From positions 1 to 63,213 of the IMG/VR virus record IMGVR_UViG_3300025108_000042: 63,213 bases of DNA, one strand, 5' to 3'. The notes beneath the pieces were generated by a model. It did not search any database, was not told the DNA's origin, and was given only the letters and a program-made list of their open reading frames with translations. This stretch comes from a virus. Lineage: Duplodnaviria; Caudoviricetes. The position numbers and the translations under genes are program-made. Below are positions 41,015 to 51,421 of the stretch, piece after piece (within the stretch, counting starts at the first letter, position 1; every line of letters begins with the position of its first letter).

Positions 41015-42877
41015 TTATTCTCCCCCAGTGATGTGTACTTTAATTGTTTCTGCTGGTAGATCTTGAATTGTGATTGCACCAGTAGATTGATTCTGTACGA
41101 TTTCTGCTAATAACATAGCGCCACTGCTGTCAATAACACTAATATGGAAAGGAGCAGTTAGATTGTGAGTGCTTCCCGCAATAATAAGTTCTCCACCACT
41201 GTGATTTGTTTCCGTGTGTACGTAACGTTTTGCACGGTTTACAATATCGTTAATGGTAGCGGTGTTTACCGTAACACCGTCCATCTTGTTAAGCTCCGCA
41301 GTAGAAGCGGTAATACCGTCAAGTACACCGAGTTCTGAGCTGGTTACCGCTGAAGCAGCGATCTTACCAGAAGCGTTAGAAACTACAACACGAGATGCTG
41401 TTAAGTTTGTATCGTCAATGGTTGTAGCAGCACCAGTGATTGTTGGTTGCTTGCCGTTGATTTGAGTCTGTATAGCTGAAGTAACACCGTCAACGTAGTT
41501 AAGCTCTGCTGTGGTAGCAGTAACTCCGTCCATGATGTTTAGCTCTGCTGTACTAGCAGTTAAGCCATCAGTTTTGTTTAACTCAGCAGTAGAAGCTGTA
41601 ACACCATCTAATATGTTTAATTCAGCAGCGGTAGATGTAATTGTTGTACCACCAAGAGAAATAGATGTTGTTATGATGCCTGCCTCTACACTACCAAACT
41701 TAGCTGCGGCTAGAGTACCACTAAATACCTCATCATTATTAGTAGCGTCAACATAAGCTGTAAACTCACGAGATGAATCATCGTAACCAAAGAAACCTAG
41801 TTTTGCACTAGTTCCATCGTGATAACGGAATTCAATACCACGGTCTTTGTTATCATCTGCTGATGGAGCAGTATCACCACCAAGGGTAAATACAGGATCA
41901 TCAATAGTAACTGTTGTAGAGTTTACAGTAGTGGTTGTACCACTTACCATTAAATCTCCGTCTACAATAACATCACCAGTAACTTGTACGTTAGGTGTGT
42001 TTGTGCCACTACCAATGATTATGTTGGTAGAACCTGAGCCGTGTACGTTTTCAGCATGCGTAGTATCTAAACCCGCAAGCGTAGCCGTTAAGTTTGTTCC
42101 TGATACACTATCATCTATAGCCGTAGCAAAAGACATTGTTCCGCTACCATTGGTCTGTAAGAACTGACCAGAAGAACCGTCTGAAACATTCAGCCTAGCG
42201 ATGTCTACAGAGTTGTCTGCAATCTTAGCCGCAGTTACCGCATCAGTTGCGATTAGAGCTGTAGTAATCTGAGCATCAGCAATCTTAGCAGTAGTTACTG
42301 CATCGTCTGCTATCTTGGCTGTACCTACAGCGCCCGCAGCTAGTTTACCAGAGGTAACAGCTAGGTTGACGATGTTACCAGTAGCAACAGTTGTTGCAGC
42401 AATTTTAGCACCCGTAACCGCATCATCAGCAAGATGAACTGTATCAATACTTCCGTCAGTATAGTGTTCGCTATCAATTGCGTTATCTGCAATCTTAGCA
42501 CCATTTACTGAATCAGCACCTAACTTAGCGTTAGTTACAGCACCTGCTGCAATCTTAGCAGTAGTAACTGCGAGACTAGCTAGTTTAGCTGTAGCAATAC
42601 CACCGTCTTTAACAGTGAGAGTGTTACTAGATAAGGTAATTGTTGATTCGTCAGCCGCAGCACCTACTAGTGTCCAACTTTCACCATCATATACCTTTAG
42701 CTTATCTAATGTGCTATCATATACGAATTGACCTTGTGCTGGACTAGTAATCGCATTAATCTGCGTAGTAGACAGGTTTTGAATTTGTGCGTTACGGAGT
42801 TCTCCCTTAGCTAAGTCTAAAAACGAACTTAGCTGTATACTGGTGACGGATAACCCCGATACTATCTTTAATGCCAT
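41015..42877 (-). CDS. Fibre protein with 10-aa AVTxAKIA and 14-aa TAELNxxDGVT repeats
   Basis: Peptide repeats visible in the translation; DRGIEFRY module. Confidence 0.8.
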   Translation of the reverse strand: MALKIVSGLSVTSIQLSSFLDLAKGELRNAQIQNLSTTQINAITSPAQGQFVYDSTLDKLKVYDGESWTLVGAAADESTITLSSNTLTVKDGGIATAKLASLAVTTAKIAAGAVTNAKLGADSVNGAKIADNAIDSEHYTDGSIDTVHLADDAVTGAKIAATTVATGNIVNLAVTSGKLAAGAVGTAKIADDAVTTAKIADAQITTALIATDAVTAAKIADNSVDIARLNVSDGSSGQFLQTNGSGTMSFATAIDDSVSGTNLTATLAGLDTTHAENVHGSGSTNIIIGSGTNTPNVQVTGDVIVDGDLMVSGTTTTVNSTTVTIDDPVFTLGGDTAPSADDNKDRGIEFRYHDGTSAKLGFFGYDDSSREFTAYVDATNNDEVFSGTLAAAKFGSVEAGIITTSISLGGTTITSTAAELNILDGVTASTAELNKTDGLTASTAELNIMDGVTATTAELNYVDGVTSAIQTQINGKQPTITGAATTIDDTNLTASRVVVSNASGKIAASAVTSSELGVLDGITASTAELNKMDGVTVNTATINDIVNRAKRYVHTETNHSGGELIIAGSTHNLTAPFHISVIDSSGAMLLAEIVQNQSTGAITIQDLPAETIKVHITGGE

Positions 42878-42905
42878 GACTTATTTCTTTTTTACAAATT
42901 TAACA

Positions 42906-43241
42906 CTAATTTAAATACGCTTGTCCGCTAGTGGATGCGTCAAACGATAGAACTACTTGATTGTCAGATGTATACGACACATCACATATAATAACTGTCC
43001 CTGCTGAATCTACAACTGAGACAGATGCTCTTTTAGCTAAACCATGGTCAATAGTCCATGTCGCACTAGGAGATGCCTGGGTGTGTACATAGTTTTTATC
43101 AGCGCTTCCTGAAGATGCTTGAACTCCAGAAACAACAACGCTAGTAACATTAGATGATGCAGATGTTACATTTACCGCAGCAGTTGTTGATGCATTAATG
43201 TTAATGCTATCTCCGCTTTTTATTTCTATGTTGTTACTCAC
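42906..43241 (-). CDS. Small fibre-associated protein
   Basis: YVHTQ..SATWTIDHGL....SVSVVD. Confidence 0.65.
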   Translation of the reverse strand: MSNNIEIKSGDSININASTTAAVNVTSASSNVTSVVVSGVQASSGSADKNYVHTQASPSATWTIDHGLAKRASVSVVDSAGTVIICDVSYTSDNQVVLSFDASTSGQAYLN

Positions 43242-43593
43242 TAATATCTTCGTTAACTGTGAATAATCCGTAAATCCAAGTTTTTACTTCACCTCCAGTT
43301 GTAGACTGAAGATCATATACGTACATTCCACCGCTAACTCCAGACATAACAGTTGCCGTTGCAGAGATAGTAAGCTTCCCTTCTGAGTTTCCTGTATATG
43401 TAAAAGAAGAATCTCCTATGATATCTGAAGAAGAGGTATCTGTTTCTTTTACGTCTAGTTTCCATGTATATCCAGAGACATCCAAAGCAGCACCTGTTGA
43501 ATCTGTAAAAGTGAATTGCAGATTAAAGGTATCTCCCTTTCTACAGGTCACATCTACTCTTGTGGAGTTATCTAAGTTTATTTTTGTAGCCAT
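43234..43593 (-). CDS. BppU-N-like Ig-fold structural protein
   Basis: KGDTF..FT.TD..G.ALD.SG...YVYDLQ. Confidence 0.65.
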   Translation of the reverse strand: MATKINLDNSTRVDVTCRKGDTFNLQFTFTDSTGAALDVSGYTWKLDVKETDTSSSDIIGDSSFTYTGNSEGKLTISATATVMSGVSGGMYVYDLQSTTGGEVKTWIYGLFTVNEDISE

Positions 43594-43610
43594 GTTACAA
43601 AGGTACTAAT

Positions 43611-46037
43611 TTACTGGTTATCAAGAAGTTCACTTAAGTTATCTGAGCTTCCTTGTAGTTCCTCTCTTTTCCCCTGACGCTGAGATAAAAGTTTAGATTG
43701 CTCGATAGCTTGTTTTTTTACGCGCTCGTCTTTACGATCTTCTTTCATTGCTTCGTCTCTAGCTTCAGCGCCACTTTCAATTTGCTGCTCTGCAAGCCCA
43801 AACTCGCCCTTCATTTGCTCAAGTTGAACTTTCATTTGATGCTCCATTTGAGCATACTGCATTTTTAGCTGGTACTCAAACTCTTTCTTTTGCATATCCA
43901 ACTGTGCAAGAACTTGCTGTTTTTGTAAATCAACTTCAACAGCTGCTTGTTGCTGCATAGCCTGAGCTTGCGATTGCGCCTGTACATTCTGTTGAGCAAT
44001 AGCTTGTTGTTGCGCTATACGTTTCTTTCTACGTATAATAAGCAAACGCTCTGCCTGGTCAATGTCTTTTAACTGACGAATAGCAATAGCGTCTTCAAGG
44101 TCTATTTCTTTTTGAGCCAGAGCAATTTGTATGTTTTGCTCAAGGTATTGACGGTCCATGTCATTAAGATCACTGAGAACCCGGACACCAAAGTTGTACA
44201 TTGGAAGATCTCTAAAGCTTGATAAGACAGACATATTAGTCTTGCCGATAGCTTTTTCATATACCTTGAATATAACTGATTCTATAGGAAGTATTTGAAC
44301 GCATTTCAAGACATCCTCACAGACTTTTCTGTAGAGAATCATACTAGCGTTAGTGATATCGTAAATAGCGTTATTACCGGCATTTACAGCTAGCTGATTA
44401 ACACCAACTAAAGCCTCTCCTTTGGGAGTTGTTCCGTCCATAACTTCATTGATGCCTGTAGCATCGCGAATCATACGTAAGTAGTGATTGTATAATGCAA
44501 TAAGCTCATTTATATTACGTATGGTGTTTCCAATCTCGCGGATAGGAGGGTTTTGGAACCCGCCTTCTGGATTCTTGCTACGATAGTAGAATACACCCGT
44601 TTGCTCGTAGATGTCTTGAATATCTAAAGGCTGTAAATCACCACCACGACCTAAGTCAACATTTTCTAAACCTTCAATATCAACCATGATACCATCTGGT
44701 TTACTTTTAGCAATTGCCTGCTGTAGCTTTAAATGAGTTAGCTGTAATTGATCTGCGAAACCAACAACACCAGATACCAAAGACTTAGGTATCATGTTGC
44801 GCATATTTACAGAAGTTACAGAGTAAGATAAACGAGCCTTAGAAATATCGTGGATATTTTTCGGAATGTTATGTTCTTTTCCGTAATTGAACAAATGATC
44901 TGTACCAATAATATACATACCGCCATAAACTGTAGAGTTTTGCATGTATACCGGGTCACGGTCATATACAGAGTTCTTAGGAGCTTCATACTCTTCTCCT
45001 TTAAAATAGAATCCCATATTTCCGTGACGAGACATCTTGTTTTCGTAGATCATAGAATCTACAGACAAGTATTCAAAGTCTAATATCTCAACAGTATACT
45101 CATCGTAACCGTACTTGTATTTATTAAGTTGCTTGTCGTAATACTTTTCTGTAAAACGTTCGGCACTATTAGAGTGTTTGTTCATCACACTCTGAGCCAT
45201 TTCCGTATATTCTTTCTCAGTAAACTGATCACCAGCTAAACGTTTAAGCTCCATGATACTCATGCGCTTAATATGTCCGGCATAAACTAAATCAGAGAAT
45301 GTAGGGTCGTCAGTATAATTGTGAATAAACATTGATGGATCCACATACTCCTCAGTAATACCGTAGTTAGGGTCATTGCTTCGTTTAGCAACAGCCATCC
45401 CACAGCTAATTATGTCTTCAACACATCTGCGGTAGATACGCTCATCAAAGTCATTCCACTGTAGTGTAAGTTGTGTTGCAAGTTGACCAGCAACCTCGGC
45501 ATCTGTTTTTACATTTGTCTCTAAAAAGATTTCTGCTTCTTCTGGAGTATCTGGAAGACTGTTTGGATCCACCTGTGTTTGTAGACCTGAGGCTTTAGCT
45601 TCCGCAATCATCTCTTTGTTCTCGATCTGTAAAGCAATCATTTTTTTCTTTACATCCTTTTCGCTTTGAGAAAGTGGATCAACAGCTTCAATCTGTGGAT
45701 ATCGATAAGATGATATAATTTTGTTTGCTACAATTTTCACAAACTTAGGAACGATAGGAACTGGAGTCCAATCAATAGACAACAAAGAACCATCGTCATT
45801 GCCCGGATCTAAGCTATTGAGTATCTGTTTGTATATACGAGTGTCCTGTGTACCGTTAGCATACATGCGTGACTGCTCAAACTCCTTGTACCTCTTTTGA
45901 TACAAGCTACCTTCTGTGTCTAGCCCTCCCCATTGATTCATCATTGCCTTAGCATACTCTAAACCATATTCTTTCTGGCTTTTTTCAGCATGCTTTGCTA
46001 GAGGGTTTGGGAAACTTCCTTTCTTTGTTACATTCAT
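43611..46037 (-). CDS. Portal protein
   Basis: 808 aa downstream of the terminase; DWTPVPIVPKFV, IRDATGINE, Gln-rich C-terminal coil. Confidence 0.85.
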   Translation of the reverse strand: MNVTKKGSFPNPLAKHAEKSQKEYGLEYAKAMMNQWGGLDTEGSLYQKRYKEFEQSRMYANGTQDTRIYKQILNSLDPGNDDGSLLSIDWTPVPIVPKFVKIVANKIISSYRYPQIEAVDPLSQSEKDVKKKMIALQIENKEMIAEAKASGLQTQVDPNSLPDTPEEAEIFLETNVKTDAEVAGQLATQLTLQWNDFDERIYRRCVEDIISCGMAVAKRSNDPNYGITEEYVDPSMFIHNYTDDPTFSDLVYAGHIKRMSIMELKRLAGDQFTEKEYTEMAQSVMNKHSNSAERFTEKYYDKQLNKYKYGYDEYTVEILDFEYLSVDSMIYENKMSRHGNMGFYFKGEEYEAPKNSVYDRDPVYMQNSTVYGGMYIIGTDHLFNYGKEHNIPKNIHDISKARLSYSVTSVNMRNMIPKSLVSGVVGFADQLQLTHLKLQQAIAKSKPDGIMVDIEGLENVDLGRGGDLQPLDIQDIYEQTGVFYYRSKNPEGGFQNPPIREIGNTIRNINELIALYNHYLRMIRDATGINEVMDGTTPKGEALVGVNQLAVNAGNNAIYDITNASMILYRKVCEDVLKCVQILPIESVIFKVYEKAIGKTNMSVLSSFRDLPMYNFGVRVLSDLNDMDRQYLEQNIQIALAQKEIDLEDAIAIRQLKDIDQAERLLIIRRKKRIAQQQAIAQQNVQAQSQAQAMQQQAAVEVDLQKQQVLAQLDMQKKEFEYQLKMQYAQMEHQMKVQLEQMKGEFGLAEQQIESGAEARDEAMKEDRKDERVKKQAIEQSKLLSQRQGKREELQGSSDNLSELLDNQ

Positions 46038-46079
46038 CTTTTCGCTGAATATTAATCAGAAACAAAGATAGATAATTTA

Positions 46080-48200
46080 TTAACGCTGAATTACCTTGGC
46101 TTTACGGAAGAACTTCTTATTGCTGTTGTCTTTTTTTATTTCTTTCTTAATTGACTTTTGAGCAGCCATAAGAGCAAGACCAGCACTTATACTAAGGTCA
46201 AATTTGGTACGGTCGTCTATCTTAAAGTTAATCCAGTCTTCCAGAGTGTTGTCAAAAAACATTCTGCCGTAATTACCCTCTTCATTTAATCCTACATACT
46301 CGTGTATATATGCCTCAATAGACTGAGCGTGAGCTTGTATGATGTCTTGAGAGTTGGACGGTATACCTTTTGTTTTTGTTGCGCTACGTGATCCACCACC
46401 TAAATGTACTGGTCTATCCATAAGATATCCGTCATAACCTCTGTTCTCAAAGTATCTCGCAATACCGTACTTGTTATTCTCTATAAGTATCATATACCCA
46501 TAAAAAACAGCAGACATAAGAACATCCTCGTAGAATATTCTAGCTAGCGGTGGACGTGAAGCATACTCTAATACAAACATGTTTGAGGGATGCTCCATGT
46601 TTATTTTATTATATAAATGTAGTGCGCCCTTAGACCCCCTGCCGTCTACAGTTGTGTCGAGGTCATAGCTATCCACGCCTCCTACGCCCAGCCATGCGTT
46701 GCCAGGGGTTTTCTTACCTCTTTCTGTTACAACTTTATTGCGCAGTTCATCTGGTGGCATCCAGGCTATCCTAAATCTACCACTAGGGTCTGGTCTAAAA
46801 ATAACCTTTGTATCTTGAATGCCGTTCTCCCATACAAAATTACCACGAACAACAGGATTTGGATACAGCTCCATATTGTTTTCTAGTTGCTCGTATATCT
46901 TAGCGATATTAAAAGTAGATGCTTTAGTAGAGTCGCGAAACGCTTCGTCCATTGTAAATGGAAACTGACGTATAACTTCATTAAGGTCGTAGCTATCATT
47001 AGACAATGCCTTGCGCTCGTTCTTTAAAAACGTCTTAGCACCTATATCAATCATCTCATTGTCTACACCCAGTATAGGTTTTTCTGGATCATCAATAACA
47101 GGGTTTCCATAAAGATCAAAAAACCCTTCAAGGGCTTCATACGATGGTATAAATATTTTGTATAAACCTGTTTTTGTTCTGCCATTAGCATTACGCTCTG
47201 TGGGGTCTGAGTTGTATACGAGCTTTTTAAAGTTTCTACCTCCTTTGTCTAAAGGGTTTACAGTAGAACCTACCATTGCCTTCCCTATAATTTTACGACC
47301 CACAAGTAAACAAGTTCTATGTACACGCCATATCTCAGTTATATCCTCAGGCTTTTCTATTTTACCAGCTTCATCAAGAAATAGGTAGTGCAGCTTTTCA
47401 CCATCATAAGCATTAGACGTAGTGTTTTTCCAGTTAATAATGGTATCTAAAGCTTCGCCACTGTTTGCTGTTTTATTATTTTTGGTAATACGTTTTGATG
47501 GCTCGCGAAATGCTAACTCTTGACGTGGGTTAGTCGTACCGTCTTGTATAGGCTTAAAGAAAAATGGATAGTTCCGGTATATCGGCATTATCTTTTTCAT
47601 GAAGACATTTTCTTGTGCGTCCTTACCCGTCTTAGATACAATGCCTAATAACTTGTCTTTTACTTGAGTACCCTCATCAGATAAATTACCTGAACACATC
47701 TGTGTATATCCCGAACGTCTACACTTGACATAGACTTGACCCATGGATCTTGGGTCGTGCTCACACGCAACGAAGTGCCTAGAAAGTCTATTCTGGAATT
47801 CCAGGTAGCTAGGATATCCAATATCAATCTTGGACCATTGCAAGAACATATAATGATGACCTGTTATATAAGTAGGCTCACCATTGTTCATGAACCATAC
47901 GCCATTCCTGCGTCTATCAAACTCTTTACGTATAAACTCCGTATACCTTTCTTTAAAAGGCTTCGGCATCTCTGTCCAGTCGTCCATGGACCTAATCTTC
48001 ATCAAATCTGACGGGGGGTCTAGTCTACGCCAGTATTGATCTTCTTTTTTTGATTCGCTAAAGAGTATATCCTTTTTTTTAGGAACAGCTGGCAATTGCA
48101 GATAAACATCAGATATATTAATTACATCACCACCAGTACCCTTCGGGCATATGTTTACTACTGGCTCGTCAATACCCTCTATGTTTACTAATCCAGCCAT
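46080..48200 (-). CDS. terL: Terminase large subunit
   Basis: KCRRSGYT Walker A, FLDEAGK Walker B, GST, GVDSYD nuclease motif, IENN. Confidence 0.9.
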   Translation of the reverse strand: MAGLVNIEGIDEPVVNICPKGTGGDVINISDVYLQLPAVPKKKDILFSESKKEDQYWRRLDPPSDLMKIRSMDDWTEMPKPFKERYTEFIRKEFDRRRNGVWFMNNGEPTYITGHHYMFLQWSKIDIGYPSYLEFQNRLSRHFVACEHDPRSMGQVYVKCRRSGYTQMCSGNLSDEGTQVKDKLLGIVSKTGKDAQENVFMKKIMPIYRNYPFFFKPIQDGTTNPRQELAFREPSKRITKNNKTANSGEALDTIINWKNTTSNAYDGEKLHYLFLDEAGKIEKPEDITEIWRVHRTCLLVGRKIIGKAMVGSTVNPLDKGGRNFKKLVYNSDPTERNANGRTKTGLYKIFIPSYEALEGFFDLYGNPVIDDPEKPILGVDNEMIDIGAKTFLKNERKALSNDSYDLNEVIRQFPFTMDEAFRDSTKASTFNIAKIYEQLENNMELYPNPVVRGNFVWENGIQDTKVIFRPDPSGRFRIAWMPPDELRNKVVTERGKKTPGNAWLGVGGVDSYDLDTTVDGRGSKGALHLYNKINMEHPSNMFVLEYASRPPLARIFYEDVLMSAVFYGYMILIENNKYGIARYFENRGYDGYLMDRPVHLGGGSRSATKTKGIPSNSQDIIQAHAQSIEAYIHEYVGLNEEGNYGRMFFDNTLEDWINFKIDDRTKFDLSISAGLALMAAQKSIKKEIKKDNSNKKFFRKAKVIQR

Positions 48201-48497
48201 CTATTTCTTTGCAAACTTTTCACTAAAACCAGAGCTGTAGTCTACCTCTTCTTTTATATTGCCCGTTTTCTTTAGCTCTTTTAGCATTAGCTCTAATTTC
48301 TGATACTCCGTTATAAGCTCCTTAGCATCTATTGCTGACTGCTTTATACTTTGCAGTTCAGACCTGCGCTGGCTACCACTTAACTCTTTGTCTACAGGCT
48401 TCTTAATTTCTTCTGTAATATTTTCAATAGCTATAGACATAGCATGCAGAAGCTCTTCTCCAGCGTATACACTGTCAAATTTTTTTCTGCGTCCCAT
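48201..48497 (-). CDS. Putative terminase small subunit
   Basis: Small helical protein directly upstream of terL. Confidence 0.5.
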   Translation of the reverse strand: MGRRKKFDSVYAGEELLHAMSIAIENITEEIKKPVDKELSGSQRRSELQSIKQSAIDAKELITEYQKLELMLKELKKTGNIKEEVDYSSGFSEKFAKK

Positions 48498-49084
48498 TAG
48501 AATCCAGTTGCGTAAATATGTCCAATATGTGTACGGTAAACCTCCTGACCATCTATTTTCATCCGATAGTCAGCGTTCTTCATAATCATTACTTTATCAC
48601 CTTTTTTTAATCCGAGCTCTTGTACAGCTGGCGAATCGTAAAGAACATAACCAAACATATTGTATTCTGGCTTTTTGAGTTCTGTGATGATGCCGCTTTC
48701 AGTAACTTCTTCATCCTCCTGTTCTTCTGGCGTTAAGAATATCCATTCAGACAATAAGTGTATCTCTCCAGTGTCTTGACACTTGTAAGCGTAAGCTTGT
48801 GTGTTTCCACTGTTGTAGGGATCAAATCTGACAAAATATATATCATCATCTACAAGTTGACCCTTACCTTCGTTGGATACAACGACATGGTGGTGAAAGT
48901 ATAATATGTCTCCAGGTTTAACCCCAGTGTTGTGTTTTTCCGGAACCAAGTATACTTCAGCAGACATCTTTCTGTTTTCAAACTCATTCCATTTAGGATC
49001 TAGATATATTGACTTATCGCCAACCTTTAGCTCATCGTTAAAAGCTTTTGGCATTCTAACGAAGAAATCGTGTAGTGATCTCAT
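48497..49084 (-). CDS. Tandem GroES-like co-chaperonin
   Basis: GVKPGDILYFHH; EVTESGIIT...LGLKKGDKV. Confidence 0.7.
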   Translation of the reverse strand: MRSLHDFFVRMPKAFNDELKVGDKSIYLDPKWNEFENRKMSAEVYLVPEKHNTGVKPGDILYFHHHVVVSNEGKGQLVDDDIYFVRFDPYNSGNTQAYAYKCQDTGEIHLLSEWIFLTPEEQEDEEVTESGIITELKKPEYNMFGYVLYDSPAVQELGLKKGDKVMIMKNADYRMKIDGQEVYRTHIGHIYATGF

Positions 49085-49124
49085 CTTAATTAAATTTAAT
49101 TGGTGTTAATTAACTAACACAAAC

Positions 49125-49358
49125 TTACGAAAAATCACAGTCGTATTCTATGAGCACGGGCATGTCAACTGTAGACTTCCATAGCATCACACCGTCTCTA
49201 GGGTGTTTGATATAAATGAGGTATTGCGTTTTTCCGTACTTATGTAAGTACTTTTCATCGAGTATAATCGTGTCTACTTTAGACTCACCAGCTCGTTGAC
49301 CTATATAATAAGCCATAGCTTTTAGGGGATTGTCCCCTATAATAATTTTACGTATCAT
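49125..49358 (-). CDS. Conserved hypothetical protein
   Basis: IRKIIIG..P..AM.Y..GQ...LWK...MPV.IEYD. Confidence 0.7.
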   Translation of the reverse strand: MIRKIIIGDNPLKAMAYYIGQRAGESKVDTIILDEKYLHKYGKTQYLIYIKHPRDGVMLWKSTVDMPVLIEYDCDFS

Positions 49359-49363
49359 TCTTT

Positions 49364-49690
49364 TTAATTTATATCTCCGTTTCTACGGGCTAAGTCGATC
49401 CAGTAATCAATACTGCCTGGGTCTGGTTCGCTTTCTTGGCGATATGCCTCAACACAATAAGAAAGAAGATCATCTAATTCCTCTTCATCTGTTACAGAAA
49501 AAGATGACAATAAGTTCATGTTAGCACGTTCCTGACCCTCTTCATCAATGTATGAAGAATCCATATCTAAAAAACCAACAGCAACACAGGCGATAAACGA
49601 GTCTTCTATATCGTACTTTTTGGCAACAGAAGCTATAGCGAGTATGAGTTCTTGTATCTCATAGATTGCATCTTTCTCGTTTTCTTTCAT
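49364..49690 (-). CDS. Acidic hypothetical protein
   Basis: ORF; ATG at 49690 lies downstream of the promoter at 49715. Confidence 0.7.
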   Translation of the reverse strand: MKENEKDAIYEIQELILAIASVAKKYDIEDSFIACVAVGFLDMDSSYIDEEGQERANMNLLSSFSVTDEEELDDLLSYCVEAYRQESEPDPGSIDYWIDLARRNGDIN

Positions 49691-49741
49691 TTGATTTACA
49701 ATGTTTAATTTTATCAAATATACTAATTTAATAAAAGGCTT

Positions 49742-50188
49742 ATGCCGAAGGGACGGGTAGCGAAGACAAAGATGTTTAGAGATTTCTCATACATCAAGGA
49801 CAAATGGATTAAAGAAAACTACTTAAAGAACTGGAGTATTGTTATGAGCGACATGCTTTCCAGATATGACCTTTCAGATAAAGAGATGAGGTTCATGCTC
49901 TTCGTCTACGACCTGGAGTTCTTCACTATGGACTGGATTGCCGGAGAGTACAAGTATGAGAAAAGAAACATAGGACGTAGGCTTGTATACCCTCTTCTTA
50001 AAAAGGGGTACGTCTATAAGCATTTTGATAAGCTTACTCCGTCTACGGCTAGAGAAGATCATTTGTTTAGGGATGAAAGTAAATACAATTACCGTGTAAG
50101 GTACGCTCTCAGCCAAAATGGTAGACTAGTTGTGTCTAGATTTTACCGAAAGATGGCTGGTGAGGAACCTATTAGTGTGAAGAAATAG
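49742..50188 (+). CDS. Winged-helix (MarR-like) regulator, the lone + strand gene in the late arm
   Basis: YDLSDKEMRFML...PLLKKGYV...YALSQNGR. Confidence 0.55.
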   Translation: MPKGRVAKTKMFRDFSYIKDKWIKENYLKNWSIVMSDMLSRYDLSDKEMRFMLFVYDLEFFTMDWIAGEYKYEKRNIGRRLVYPLLKKGYVYKHFDKLTPSTAREDHLFRDESKYNYRVRYALSQNGRLVVSRFYRKMAGEEPISVKK

Positions 50189-50336
50189 TTTTAAAGGGCT
50201 TTTTTAATGACGCACCTTTATGTGGTACAAACTTACCCTTGTGCTCTTGAAGGTAATAACGCCCTCCCTTGTCCATCCAATGATATCCAGAGGGGGCATC
50301 AACCATTACTTTAGCTGTTTTCTTTTTAGCTTTCAC
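50172..50336 (-). CDS. 54-aa basic protein
   Basis: GTG start; KAKKK...DAPSGYHWMDKGG...PHKGAS. Confidence 0.6.
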   Translation of the reverse strand: MKAKKKTAKVMVDAPSGYHWMDKGGRYYLQEHKGKFVPHKGASLKKPFKTISSH

Positions 50337-50613
50337 CACGCAACAATGTAAAGTCGTTAGCGTCTAATACACCATTACCGTTTTTATCAAGCTTTACTTG
50401 ACCACCTTTAAGGTATTCTTTTACTTTACCGCCAGCGTAGTATTTCTTTTTCTTCTTAGATTTCTTTTTAATCTTACGCTCTTGCTCTAGCATTTCCTTT
50501 GTAGGTTTTTTACCAGAACCTTTTTTAGCACGGATGTTATCCCACAAACCACGTTGGCTGTAGCTACCATCTTTACGCTTGATCATTTTCTTTTTTTTCT
50601 TTGCTTTTGCCAT
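50326..50613 (-). CDS. Very basic protein with a C-terminal EF-hand-like loop
   Basis: Poly-Lys, GLWDNIRAK, DKNGNGVLDAND. Confidence 0.7.
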   Translation of the reverse strand: MAKAKKKKKMIKRKDGSYSQRGLWDNIRAKKGSGKKPTKEMLEQERKIKKKSKKKKKYYAGGKVKEYLKGGQVKLDKNGNGVLDANDFTLLRGES

Positions 50614-50614
50614 T

Positions 50615-51421
50615 TTATCTGTTTTTACGCATTCTTTCTAGTGCTGCTCTATTTTGGTTAACAAACTGAGCGTTATCTGGTCCTTGTTTCTTTCTTACTT
50701 CCCCTTCTGATGTTCTGTATATAAACTCACCTGTTTGTTGGTTTAACTTAACACCGTATATTTCTGGTAGCACCCTGCGCAAAGCTGGAGGTTTGCTCAT
50801 ATCCATATTGCCGAACGGTAGTTTTGGTGGAAGTTCAACCATAGACTCTTTAGGTCGTATAGGTTTTTTACTTGTTGATGACATGCTAGAAACAGGGTTA
50901 TCTGAATCTATTCTAAAGTAAGAGTAATCTCCATTAGATTGTCCTGGCTCATATATGCCGGCACTTACTGTAGCCTTTAAATCGGGGTCATAATATGTTG
51001 TATCCGCGGGAACAGCAGCTCTAAGCATTCTGTCCATAAACATGTCTTGATACTTAGATAGCGCTCCAGGGGTTTGGAAAAGACTATCCACCTGTGGGTT
51101 TATTCCTTTGACAAACTTATTAGCCTCTTCTCTACCTAGCTCTCTTTGAGGTATAGACTGACCTAGCTTTTCAAATATTGGATCTACAGGTTCTCCATTG
51201 TAAATCTTTCGTAGTTTGAACTCAGGTTCAGTTTGTTCTGATGCATAGGGATCTGCTTCGTCAATAAGAGACAAATCTATCATTCTACGAATTAAACCCT
51301 GCGCATCGGTAAAACTAGTGTCTCTATCTACGTTTGTTTTTACAGATGTAGTATCTGAAGCTCTACGTTTCTTAGGATTTACAGGTCCACCTTTCTTATA
51401 TTTTTTGTACTTACCCTTCAT
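50615..51421 (-). CDS. Hypothetical protein with MKGKY..YKKGG leader
   Basis: ORF with the shared N-terminal motif. Confidence 0.7.
   Translation of the reverse strand: MKGKYKKYKKGGPVNPKKRRASDTTSVKTNVDRDTSFTDAQGLIRRMIDLSLIDEADPYASEQTEPEFKLRKIYNGEPVDPIFEKLGQSIPQRELGREEANKFVKGINPQVDSLFQTPGALSKYQDMFMDRMLRAAVPADTTYYDPDLKATVSAGIYEPGQSNGDYSYFRIDSDNPVSSMSSTSKKPIRPKESMVELPPKLPFGNMDMSKPPALRRVLPEIYGVKLNQQTGEFIYRTSEGEVRKKQGPDNAQFVNQNRAALERMRKNR

Noticed and set aside
8195-48200. Many + strand ORFs inside late genes (e.g. 15192-15893, 37461-37982) and - strand ORFs inside replication genes
   Set aside because: Antisense shadows of long real genes with no motifs.
50896-50904. GGTTATCTG as an eleventh ribozyme site
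   Set aside because: It is on the non-coding strand of a late gene, has no adjacent hairpin and matches only 9 nt.
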